Under the pieces are notes generated by a model. It saw nothing but the letters and a program-made list of their open reading frames with translations. It was not told the DNA's origin and did no database searches. DNA of 64,000 bases from an uncultured Gemmatimonadales bacterium (GTDB lineage Bacteria > Gemmatimonadota > Gemmatimonadetes > Gemmatimonadales > Gemmatimonadaceae): the NCBI GenBank assembly GCA_963850905.1, contig CAWKMU010000003.1, positions 1,664,001-1,728,000 on the forward strand, read 5' to 3'. Position numbers and translations under genes: made by a program. Shown piece by piece: positions 55,674-64,000 of this stretch (position 1 is its first letter; each line of letters begins with the position of its first letter).

Positions 55674-56697
55674 TCCAGGTTCCGGGATCCTCTAATCCTA
55701 AGCGCCACAGGGCAAAGCGTCGAACACCGAGCGATTCGGCTGACGCGACGAGTGCGCGAGTCTGTCGAGCGTCGGTGACCCACGCCTCGCCGGAGTCTGG
55801 ACGGAGAAAATGAAGCGCGCCTGATGCGGAATCACGGGAGAGTGGGATCCCCAGCTGAGCCGTCTGCTGCTGCGCGTCAGCGTAGCTCAGCACCGCCGCC
55901 GCGGCGGGGCGCTTCCAGAGATAGCCGTAGGTCGGAAGCCCAGCCACAAGGCGCCCAGGGCCAACCTCCGCGACGCGAAGGGCAAGTGCCTGCCGAAACC
56001 ATCCCGGAGACGCAATCGGTCCCGGTGGACCGTTTGCCCAGTGCTCGTCGTACAGCATTGCGAGCAACAGGTCGGCGGCCGCGAGGTGTCTGCCGGCGTA
56101 CACGAGCGTGTCGGTCGGCACGATGGCCACGGTCACGGGCCGCACGTGCCGGCCATGGGCCGAATCGACAAACGCTTTCACGACAACGGTCAGCGCCGCC
56201 GTGTCATCCCGCGTGAGAGCCTCGAAGTCGAGGACGAGTCCCTGGTAACCGTGGGTCTTCGCCCAGGCCGCAACCGCTCCGGCAGCTCGAGCGCGGAGGT
56301 CTGGGTCACTCGCCAAGCGCGTGATCGTCTCGCGATGGAAGCGGTCGCGCTGATAAGTGGTGACGAGTGCGAATCGGTGTGGCCCGGGCGGGACCTTGAT
56401 CGTGTCTGGGTAGACGGCCACCGGCATTGCGGTCAGCGTGTCGAGTCGAAGCCAACCAGAAATGAGAACACGAAGAGCGGGTGCGACGCACGCGACGCTG
56501 GCAGCGCTTCGGGGGTCCCACGGAGCGGTAAACGCCCACACCTCGACGCGAAGTCGACGAACGGCGCCCGGACAGGGCGCCGCTCGTGAGATCCCGCGCT
56601 CAGGGGATGTGGCGGGAGCCGCGAAAGCGAGCGAGGTGACGAGCGCGCCGACTCGGACACGCTGCATATATTTCGCGCGGCAATGATGCAGCGACAT
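55648..56697 (-). CDS. Glycoside hydrolase family 18 protein, secreted
   Basis: GYQGLVLDFE, MLYDEH, PGPIAS..W, GLPTYGY.W, LWRLGLED. Confidence 0.85.
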   Translation of the reverse strand: MSLHHCRAKYMQRVRVGALVTSLAFAAPATSPERGISRAAPCPGAVRRLRVEVWAFTAPWDPRSAASVACVAPALRVLISGWLRLDTLTAMPVAVYPDTIKVPPGPHRFALVTTYQRDRFHRETITRLASDPDLRARAAGAVAAWAKTHGYQGLVLDFEALTRDDTAALTVVVKAFVDSAHGRHVRPVTVAIVPTDTLVYAGRHLAAADLLLAMLYDEHWANGPPGPIASPGWFRQALALRVAEVGPGRLVAGLPTYGYLWKRPAAAAVLSYADAQQQTAQLGIPLSRDSASGALHFLRPDSGEAWVTDARQTRALVASAESLGVRRFALWRLGLEDPGTWSALEGARK

Positions 56698-57559
56698 GCT
56701 TCCTAAGCTACAAGGCCACGGCCGACCGGCGCAGATCCGGCGGAGTGGCGGCGTCGCCGCTGCCGCTGTCCTCAGCGCCCTCTCGCTCGCATGCTCGCGG
56801 GCAAATTCTCAACGCGTCGCCGGGGATGGACCACACGCCCTCGCGACGACCGAGGCCCTGAAGGGCTTCACGATCGCGACGGCCGCGCGCTACCAGGTCG
56901 ATCCGCCGCTGAGCGGTGGGCGCATTACAGGATCGATCGCGTTCGACGGGCCAGCGCCCGCGGATTCAATCGTCCATCCGACTGCCGACGCCGACGTCTG
57001 TGGCCAGACCCTGGTCGATCCGACCGTCGATCACCGCGGGCCCCTGCTGGCGAACGCGGTGGTGTGGGTCGACGGGGTCACGGCGGGCAAGCCACTGCCT
57101 GTCGTCCGGCGCTACGACCTCACGAATGAGGGGTGCCGACTCGTTCCGCGCATCCAGGCGGCCGTCACGGGCGGCACGCTCGATGTCCGCAACGCGGATC
57201 AAGCCACGCACTTGACGCGATTCGTCCTCTCGACCAAACGGACCGTGCTCGCGACGGTTTCTGAGACCGAGGCCGGAGCCGTCGTCCCGTCGCGCGCGGT
57301 CCTGGCAGCGCCCGGGGTCGTGGAGGTGACCTGCGACATGCACCCCTGGGCGAGGGCGTGGCTGCTCGTCTTCAACCAGCCGTATTTCACCACCACCAGC
57401 GCCAACGGTGCGTTTGTCATCGACTCGATCCCTCCGGGCCGCTATCGGATATCAGTCTGGCACGAGCGCTTCGGCACCCAGAGCGACAGCGTGACTGTCG
57501 TCGCGGGCCAGGATGCAGTCGTCAACATGACCTTTAAGAGCCACACCGTCGGCGGCTAG
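56696..57559 (+). CDS. Lipoprotein with cupredoxin-like and carboxypeptidase-regulatory-like domains (start uncertain)
   Basis: LSLAC lipobox, GC..VP, CDMHPW, G.F.ID.IPPG.Y...VWHE. Confidence 0.72.
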   Translation: MLPKLQGHGRPAQIRRSGGVAAAAVLSALSLACSRANSQRVAGDGPHALATTEALKGFTIATAARYQVDPPLSGGRITGSIAFDGPAPADSIVHPTADADVCGQTLVDPTVDHRGPLLANAVVWVDGVTAGKPLPVVRRYDLTNEGCRLVPRIQAAVTGGTLDVRNADQATHLTRFVLSTKRTVLATVSETEAGAVVPSRAVLAAPGVVEVTCDMHPWARAWLLVFNQPYFTTTSANGAFVIDSIPPGRYRISVWHERFGTQSDSVTVVAGQDAVVNMTFKSHTVGG

Positions 57560-57582
57560 GGCAACGCATGCGTCGCCTCTAC
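57559..57582 (-). repeat. Single GTAG-type REP hairpin between convergent genes
   Basis: Reverse strand GTAG-AGGCGACGCA-TGCGTTGCCC, a near copy of 4910-4934. Confidence 0.75.
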
Positions 57583-57596
57583 CGGCCATCTCTCGC

Positions 57597-59375
57597 TCAT
57601 GCGCTCCGGGGGTCGGTGCGGAACTGGTTGCGATAGAGTCGGGAATACATGCCGGACTGCGCGAGCAGGGCCCCATGCGTGCCTTGCTCCACGATCCGGC
57701 CACGGTCGAGGACGACCACCCGGTCGGCCCGGAGCACCGTGCTCAAGCGGTGGGCGATGATCAGCGTCGAGCGCCCTCGCAGGAGCTCTGTCATTGCGTG
57801 CTCGACTAAGCGCTCGCTCTCGCTGTCGAGACTCGACGTCGCTTCGTCGAGGATGACGAACGCCGGGTCGCTGAGAAAAACCCGAGCCAACGCCAACCGC
57901 TGGCGCTGCCCACCGGACAGCTTGACCCCGCGTTCCCCGACGAGCGTCTCGAATCGCTCGGGTAGTCGGTCAATGAATTCGACGGCATGGGCGGCGTTCG
58001 CAGCGGCCCGGATCTCAGCGTCGGTCGCATCGGGTCGTGCGAATGCGATGTTGGCTCTGACCGTCCCGCTAAACAATGCGGGCTCCTGCGGCACGATGCC
58101 GATCGAACCGCGCAGATCGGCGAATGACAAGGCGCGTACATCGTGCCCGTCGAACGTCACACAGCCACCCGTCACGTCCCAGAACCGAGGCAGCAGGGAG
58201 GCGACGGTCGTCTTGCCCGCCCCGGAAGGACCGACCAGCGCGACCACTTCCCCGGACGCAATCGACAGAGACAGTTCATGCAAGACGTCCGGGAGCGTCG
58301 GGCCGTAGCGGAAGGTCACCCGTTCGAACGCTACCGCGCCGCGGACAGGCCGAACGAGCGGCTCGGGCCTCGGCGGCTCCGCGACTGTCGGAGTGGTGGC
58401 CAACAACTCGAAGACGCGGCCCGCAGCACCGACGGCCTCCTGGTAGCTGCCGAACAGCGATGCGAGCGAGCCGATCGCTCCTGCGACCATGATGGCCAGG
58501 ATGAGGAATGAGAAGAACTGACCTGGCGTCAGCGAATGTTGTAGAACGAGTTGCCCGCCTTCCCACAGGACGACGACGATGCCACTGAACGCGATGAAGC
58601 CGACGATGCCGAAGAACTGCGCCCGCAGGACCGCGCGCCGAATCGCGGCGGTGACGACCGTGCGCAGCTTCTCGGTGTAGCGGTTCGTCTCGAAGCCTTC
58701 ACGGACGAATCCTTGTACGGTCCGTATCTGTCCGAATGCTTCGTTGGCCAGCCCCATGGCCTCGGCGACGCGGTCCTGGACCCCTGTACTGGCTCGGCGC
58801 AGCGCTCGACCGAAGATGAATGCCGCGGCCACGAGAATGGGGGCGACCTCGAGGGTCGTGACCGCGAGTCGGGTATTTCGGATCGTGAGGAGCGTGACGC
58901 CGCCCACAACCAGGATCACCTGGCGCAGGAGCTCGGAGAGATATGTGTTGCCCAGTGACTGGAGAACTGCGAGGTCCGCAGACAGGCGGCTCGTCAGCTC
59001 GCCAGATGGGTTCTCGGTGAAAAAGGCAGGCGACAAGCGCACGAGGTGAGCGAACAAGTTCTCACGCAACCTCGCGATGACCCGCTCGGTGGTAGAGGTC
59101 AACAGATAGACCTGCGTGAAGTTCAACAGGCCTTGCACCGCGAACAGCGCGATCAGTCCGAGTGCGATTTGATCGAGCCTATGGCGGCCGCCATGCTCGA
59201 ACGCGGTGTCGAGCAAGGTGCCCACCACCAGCGGGAAGACCAGGGCGGTCGCCGCGGCCGCAACGAGACAGACCGCAGCCAAGACCATGCGCCCCGCGTA
59301 CGGCCGGACGAAAGGCATCAGTCGAGCGAGCGGCCTCGGTGAGGGCAGCCGGCGCGACGCGGTGCCCGTGCTCAC
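57597..59375 (-). CDS. ABC transporter, fused permease/ATPase (start uncertain)
   Basis: TM domain (GELTSRL..D), GPSGAGKTT, LSGGQRQR, LDEATSSLD. Confidence 0.92.
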   Translation of the reverse strand: MSTGTASRRLPSPRPLARLMPFVRPYAGRMVLAAVCLVAAAATALVFPLVVGTLLDTAFEHGGRHRLDQIALGLIALFAVQGLLNFTQVYLLTSTTERVIARLRENLFAHLVRLSPAFFTENPSGELTSRLSADLAVLQSLGNTYLSELLRQVILVVGGVTLLTIRNTRLAVTTLEVAPILVAAAFIFGRALRRASTGVQDRVAEAMGLANEAFGQIRTVQGFVREGFETNRYTEKLRTVVTAAIRRAVLRAQFFGIVGFIAFSGIVVVLWEGGQLVLQHSLTPGQFFSFLILAIMVAGAIGSLASLFGSYQEAVGAAGRVFELLATTPTVAEPPRPEPLVRPVRGAVAFERVTFRYGPTLPDVLHELSLSIASGEVVALVGPSGAGKTTVASLLPRFWDVTGGCVTFDGHDVRALSFADLRGSIGIVPQEPALFSGTVRANIAFARPDATDAEIRAAANAAHAVEFIDRLPERFETLVGERGVKLSGGQRQRLALARVFLSDPAFVILDEATSSLDSESERLVEHAMTELLRGRSTLIIAHRLSTVLRADRVVVLDRGRIVEQGTHGALLAQSGMYSRLYRNQFRTDPRSA

Positions 59376-59560
59376 TTTCGGAGTGGACGGATCACTCTCT
59401 GCGGTCGCTGCCGTCGCGACGTCCGGTTCCTCGCCGACCACGGACTCGTCCGCGGGTGGCTGCGCGGGCGGCGCGATCAGCGACGTTTCGTCGTCACCCC
59501 GGTCCGGGCGCGGCTGATCGACGACGGCCGCCGTCGCTGCCCGAGGATCGGAACGGGTAG

Positions 59561-60568
59561 CTATGCTGCCCCCGACACGAGATGGATCACCAGCGACGCG
59601 GTCCGCGCGAGGTGCCCGGCGAGTTGCCGGTCGACTACCATCGCGACAAATAGCAGGGCGAGATACATCAACGAGAACTTGTAGACGGACCACGCGGCGC
59701 CCGTCCACGGCGACGTCCGTCGCACACGAAGGATTCCGCCGATGAGCATGGCGTCCAGCACCAACGCCGCGGCCAAGTACAGCACACCGAAGGCTCCGAA
59801 CGCGACGGGGAGTACCGTCAGCGCTGACAGCAGTACGGCGTACCACAGCATTTGATCCATCGTGCGGCGCTCGCCCCACACCAACGGGGCCATCGGGACG
59901 CCCGCTCGGTCATAGTCGCGCTGCTTGAGGAGCGCCAGCGCCCAGAAGTGCGGCGGAGTCCAATAAAAAATGATCAAGAAAAGATAGACGGCCGTCAGAT
60001 CGAGGCGGCCGGTCGCGGCAGCGTAGCCGACGAGCGGCGGAAAAGCCCCGGCGGCACCGCCGATGACGATGTTGTGCGGCGTGGAGCGCTTGAGCCACCG
60101 CGTGTAGACCAGGACGTAGAAGTAGAAGCCCGACACCGCGAGCGCGGCCGTCAGCACGTTGACAAAGTGCGCGAGTAGCCAGGTGGCGAGCCCTGCGAGC
60201 GCGACACCGAACGCCAGCACTGCGGGCGCGGCCAATCGGCCACTCGGTATCGGACGGAGACGCGTCCGGGCCATGAACTCGTCGATGTCGCGGTCGAAGT
60301 ACATGTTGACTGCGTTCGCGCCACCCGCCATGAGGTACCCGCCAAGCACCACCGCCAATACGTGCCGCCAACTCGGAACCCCGGCGAGGAACATCGGCGC
60401 GACAGTGGTGACGAGAAGCAGCGAGATGATCCGCGGTTTGGTCAGGGAAATCAGATCGCGCGCGAGACGAGGCTGTGCCGTCAGGACAGCTGCCGCAGCG
60501 GGACCGCGCAGGCTGTGCGGGTCCGGCTGTGCTGGCGCGGCGACCGGACGACGGATGCGAACTCTCAC
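59561..60568 (-). CDS. ctaB: Protohaem IX farnesyltransferase (haem O synthase)
   Basis: LTKPRI, N...DRDID..M.RT..RP, YT.WLKR, WTPPHFWAL. Confidence 0.95.
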   Translation of the reverse strand: MRVRIRRPVAAPAQPDPHSLRGPAAAAVLTAQPRLARDLISLTKPRIISLLLVTTVAPMFLAGVPSWRHVLAVVLGGYLMAGGANAVNMYFDRDIDEFMARTRLRPIPSGRLAAPAVLAFGVALAGLATWLLAHFVNVLTAALAVSGFYFYVLVYTRWLKRSTPHNIVIGGAAGAFPPLVGYAAATGRLDLTAVYLFLIIFYWTPPHFWALALLKQRDYDRAGVPMAPLVWGERRTMDQMLWYAVLLSALTVLPVAFGAFGVLYLAAALVLDAMLIGGILRVRRTSPWTGAAWSVYKFSLMYLALLFVAMVVDRQLAGHLARTASLVIHLVSGAA

Positions 60569-61593
60569 CGGGAATCCTGAGCCGCCCCTGCGGCCTGCAA
60601 CGCCTCGATTGACACGTCAGCGGTCTCAACGACCGCCAAACCGGCGCGATCGCGCGCGGCGCCGACTGGCGCGACCGTCGCCGCCCGCGCGCTCCACGCT
60701 CGGTGCGCCAGGGCGGCAAAGGCGAAGACCGCGATCCAGAGGACAGTCCCCACTGCCTGATGCAGGGACTGCAGCACCGGCGGCAGGTGCAATTCCACCA
60801 GCAATGCGGCCACCACCAGCTGGAAGCCGACGACCGCAGCCGCGAACTGCGCGGCACGCACGACTGGTTGGCTCTCACGCCGCCGCGTCACCAGGATCGC
60901 GGACACCCAGAGGTGCAGCAACAGAAGAATTGCCAACGCTCGATGAACGAGTTGGATGCCCAGCGGGATGCCTTCGACCAAATAGCCTTCACGACACCAC
61001 GGGAACCCGCGGCACGAGGCGGCCGCGCCCGGTACGTTCGCGGTGAGCGCTCCAAGGACCACGATGACGAATGCGAGTACCGTCGCCGCGCGCGCCCCGC
61101 GATAGGTGCGACCAGGCGACGTCCCAGCGCGAACCGCTCGCGCCCCGAGGCCTCCGGCCCGCTGAACCGCGACGACCAGCGCCGCCAGGGTGATCATCGC
61201 GATGGAATAGTGAACTGCGATGACATACGGATTCGAGAGCGACAACTTGACGACCACCATCCCGACGAGGGCGGCGGTCACGATCAGCGCCAGAGCGAGG
61301 GTGACCGGCCGCAGCACGCCCCCCGATCCCGACACGCCGGGCGCGGCGCGGCGGCGGATGGCCGCCACGACCAGCGCGAGCGTCGCGCACAGTAGCAGAG
61401 TCGCGAGGTAGCGGTGCGAGACCTCGACCGCGACCGTGTAGCTCGTGACCGTCGGGACCACCGAGCCGTTGCAGTCCGGCCAGTGCTCGCCGCACCCCAT
61501 CCCCGATCCTGAGATACGAACGATCGCGCCAAAGACGCTGTGAACGTACGCGAGCGCGAGGGCCGTCCAGGCCAACCGGCGGAGCGCGGTCAT
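60565..61593 (-). CDS. ctaA: Haem A synthase (COX15/CtaA)
   Basis: GSGMGC..WPDCNG, EVSHR, second-half C...P.C, VHR, SLHQ. Confidence 0.9.
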   Translation of the reverse strand: MTALRRLAWTALALAYVHSVFGAIVRISGSGMGCGEHWPDCNGSVVPTVTSYTVAVEVSHRYLATLLLCATLALVVAAIRRRAAPGVSGSGGVLRPVTLALALIVTAALVGMVVVKLSLSNPYVIAVHYSIAMITLAALVVAVQRAGGLGARAVRAGTSPGRTYRGARAATVLAFVIVVLGALTANVPGAAASCRGFPWCREGYLVEGIPLGIQLVHRALAILLLLHLWVSAILVTRRRESQPVVRAAQFAAAVVGFQLVVAALLVELHLPPVLQSLHQAVGTVLWIAVFAFAALAHRAWSARAATVAPVGAARDRAGLAVVETADVSIEALQAAGAAQDSR

Positions 61594-61901
61594 GCGCCCG
61601 TGGTGGGGGAGAGGAGCGGCTGGCCCGCGGTCGGGGGAGGGGGGTGATCACTCGCACGCACAGCGCGCCAGGTCCAGACCAGGACGAACGCGAGCGCGAT
61701 CCCTGGCAGCAGTGCCCACGCCGCCTCGCTGACCCACCGAGCGCTCCGTCTTGGACCTGGCCGGTCGGGTTCGCCGACAGCGGGCGAGCCGTGCATGGAC
61801 TGACTCTCGCCACCGACCACGGCGCGGAGGATGGCTGCCTGGGCAACCGCGCAGGCGGCGGCCGCGATCCAAAAAAGTGACTCAGTTGCGAGGGGAGCCA
61901 T
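61590..61901 (-). CDS. Small two-TM protein resembling the cytochrome oxidase subunit II TM region
   Basis: LFWIAAAAC.VAQ..I ... EAAWALLPGIALAFVLVWTW; coupled to ctaA. Confidence 0.55.
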   Translation of the reverse strand: MAPLATESLFWIAAAACAVAQAAILRAVVGGESQSMHGSPAVGEPDRPGPRRSARWVSEAAWALLPGIALAFVLVWTWRAVRASDHPPPPTAGQPLLSPTTGA

Positions 61902-61987
61902 CTAAAGAAAGATGTACCCCCGGCCGACATGGTGGTAGCCAGCGGAGGTGGTGTGCGACGGTTCCCAGCAGTACCATAGCAGTCACC

Positions 61988-63391
61988 ATGAGCGCATCGA
62001 TATCTCCACCGACTACAACGCGCGAGCACGGCGCACCTCCAGCGGAGGGACGTCCGCCCGCCGCGACCCATCTGGTCCGGCGACTGGGACTGTGGAGCGC
62101 CACCGCCGTGCTCGTGGGTACAACGATCGGGTCGGGCATCTTCCGATCGCCGGCGGGGATCGCGAACCGGCTTCCGGGTCCGCTCCCGATGATGAGCGTC
62201 TGGGTGATCGGTGGTCTCTTCGCCCTGTGCGGCGCGTTGACGCTCGCCGAGGTCGCGGGGGCGTTGCCGGAGACGGGCGGCCTCTATGTGTTCATTCGCG
62301 AAGGATGGGGTCGACTACCCGCGTTTCTGTTCGGATGGGCCGAACTCAGCGTGATTCGCGCCGCCGCGCTCGGGGCCGTGTCCACCACCTGCGCGGAATA
62401 CGGATTCCGATTGTTTGGCTTGGATCCATCCGCGCCCGCGAACGTGGGGCCGGTGCATTACGTCGCGGCCGTGTGCATCGCCGTCGTGGCGCTATTCAAC
62501 TGTCGCGGCCTGCGGTGGGGCGCTCTGCTCCAAAACCTGACCACTGTCGCGAAGTACGGTGGTCTGGCGTTCATCGTGGTCGTTGCCCTCGGCATCGGTC
62601 TGCGGCAGACCGGAGGCCACTTCACCCCCGCGGCGCCGGCGGGCAGCTTCGGCTTTGCGGCCTTCGGACTCGCGCTCGTGAGCGCCTTGTGGGCATTCAA
62701 TGGCTGGGCCGATCTCAGTTTCGTCGCTGGCGAAGTGGAGGATCCTCGGAGGAACCTGCCACGCGCATTGATCGGCGGGACGCTGGCGGTCATTGTGATT
62801 TACCTGCTGGCAAACGTCGCCTATCTGGCGGTGCTGCCGATCGAGCAGATACGCGTTTCCAAGTTGGTCGCAGCCGACGTGGCGCAACGGGTCTTGGGGA
62901 CGCCGGGCACCGTGTTTGTCGCTGCCACGGTTGTCTTATCGACGTTCGGCACGCTGAACGGCTCGCTGCTCACGAGTCCTCGGATCTTTTTTGCAATGGC
63001 GGCCGATGGCCTGCTGGTGCGTCGAGTGGCGCGCGTGCATCCGGAGTACGGCACGCCCTATGTCGCCATTCTGCTGTCAGCGGTGCTCGGCATCTGTTTC
63101 GTGCTCTTGCGCACGTTCGAGCAACTCGCAGACACATTTGTCACCGCGATCGTGCCCTTCTACGCACTCGGTGTGGCGTCGGTCTTTATGTTGCGGCGCA
63201 AAGCGAGTTACAACCCGTCATTCCGCGTCCCGCTGTATCCGTTCGTGCCTGCGTTGTTCGTCCTTGCGACCATCTACTTGCTCGCGAACGCGCTCATCGA
63301 TCCGACGAGTCAATGGGCGACGGCGGCGGTGCTCGGCGTTGTCGTCTTGGGCATACCGCTCTACTACGTCACTGGTCGCGCGCGGCGTTAG
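61988..63391 (+). CDS. APC-family amino acid permease
   Basis: GTTIGSGIF, AE...ALPETGG.Y, WAFNGW, GEVEDP.RNLPRA. Confidence 0.93.
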   Translation: MSASISPPTTTREHGAPPAEGRPPAATHLVRRLGLWSATAVLVGTTIGSGIFRSPAGIANRLPGPLPMMSVWVIGGLFALCGALTLAEVAGALPETGGLYVFIREGWGRLPAFLFGWAELSVIRAAALGAVSTTCAEYGFRLFGLDPSAPANVGPVHYVAAVCIAVVALFNCRGLRWGALLQNLTTVAKYGGLAFIVVVALGIGLRQTGGHFTPAAPAGSFGFAAFGLALVSALWAFNGWADLSFVAGEVEDPRRNLPRALIGGTLAVIVIYLLANVAYLAVLPIEQIRVSKLVAADVAQRVLGTPGTVFVAATVVLSTFGTLNGSLLTSPRIFFAMAADGLLVRRVARVHPEYGTPYVAILLSAVLGICFVLLRTFEQLADTFVTAIVPFYALGVASVFMLRRKASYNPSFRVPLYPFVPALFVLATIYLLANALIDPTSQWATAAVLGVVVLGIPLYYVTGRARR

Positions 63392-63478
63392 GAGCGACGT
63401 GGCCCGGGGACCTCGCGGCCCGCGTCACCTGGATCCACGACTTCGTTATCATTCGCGTCGTTCTTCACAGAGAGAGGC

Positions 63479-64000
63479 ATGCTCCAACTGATCCACGCCG
63501 TCCGCAGACTCGCGGCCCTCGGCGTGCTCGGACTCACTGCGCCAGTCGCCGGGCAGACGACCAGTGCGGTGCGTCCGGCCGGTGCTGATACCGGTCACGT
63601 CACAGCGGAAGCCGGCGACAGCGCCAGCTCCGTGCACAAACACGGACCGCACCACGTGCATCGGGCACGGTTGCGTCCGCTGTTTACGGATGCGCAACTG
63701 GCGGCAATGTGGCCAGTCAAGGGGCCCGAGCCGTTGCCGGGGTCGATCCTGCCGCATACCCGCATCGTCGCGTATTACGGGAACCCGCTGTCAAAGCGTA
63801 TGGGCATTCTCGGTCAGATCCCGCCGGACTCGATGCTTGCCAGGCTGGCGAAGGAAGTCGAGAGTTATCAGGCGAGCGACAGCGCGACGCCGGTGATTCC
63901 GGCGCTCGACTTCATCGTGACCGTGGCGCAAGCCAGCTCGGGTGCGGACGGCAAGTATCGGCTCCGCATGCCGGACACGTTGATTCAACGCGTGGCTGCT
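63479..64000 (+). CDS. Secreted hypothetical protein (3' partial)
   Basis: GAGAGG RBS, signal peptide, RIVAYYGNPLSKRMGILG; frame open to the window end. Confidence 0.7.
   Translation, partial: MLQLIHAVRRLAALGVLGLTAPVAGQTTSAVRPAGADTGHVTAEAGDSASSVHKHGPHHVHRARLRPLFTDAQLAAMWPVKGPEPLPGSILPHTRIVAYYGNPLSKRMGILGQIPPDSMLARLAKEVESYQASDSATPVIPALDFIVTVAQASSGADGKYRLRMPDTLIQRVAA

Overview
High-GC, gene-dense bacterial chromosomal segment; gene content and order suggest Gemmatimonadota (inference, not verified). Mostly housekeeping genes: tamB, DAG kinase, an NtrC-type regulator, acpS, a di-haem cytochrome c-FTR1 iron permease, lgt/tsaD/tlpA/rpe/PASTA/rsmB/thiGSE/fmt/def/yajC/tgt/queA/ruvBAC/yebC, a C-terminal-only DnaB paralogue, a PorX-like REC-PglZ regulator with msbA/GT4/GT4/lpxL, tyrS, dsbA-VKOR, acs, ccmABCD-cobA/hemD-hemC-hemB, an aquaporin, ctaA/ctaB and transporters. 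From about 14.9 to 24 kb, and at a few other sites, genes are broken by many small indels that most likely are read or assembly errors. Two things stand out. (1) A seven-gene orphan lipid/polyketide-like operon at 46.8-53.5 kb (DUF92, B12-radical SAM, GGR-like flavoprotein, flavin reductase, SAM methyltransferase, SRPBCC cyclase, FabF-type KS), divergent from a V4R-like gene. (2) At least nine intergenic miniature elements with tandem-heptamer arms (mostly inverted pairs) in three sequence families; some enclose GTAG-REP/REPIN hairpins and some supply the stop codon of the neighbouring gene. No rRNA, tRNA, CRISPR array or transposase gene was recognised.
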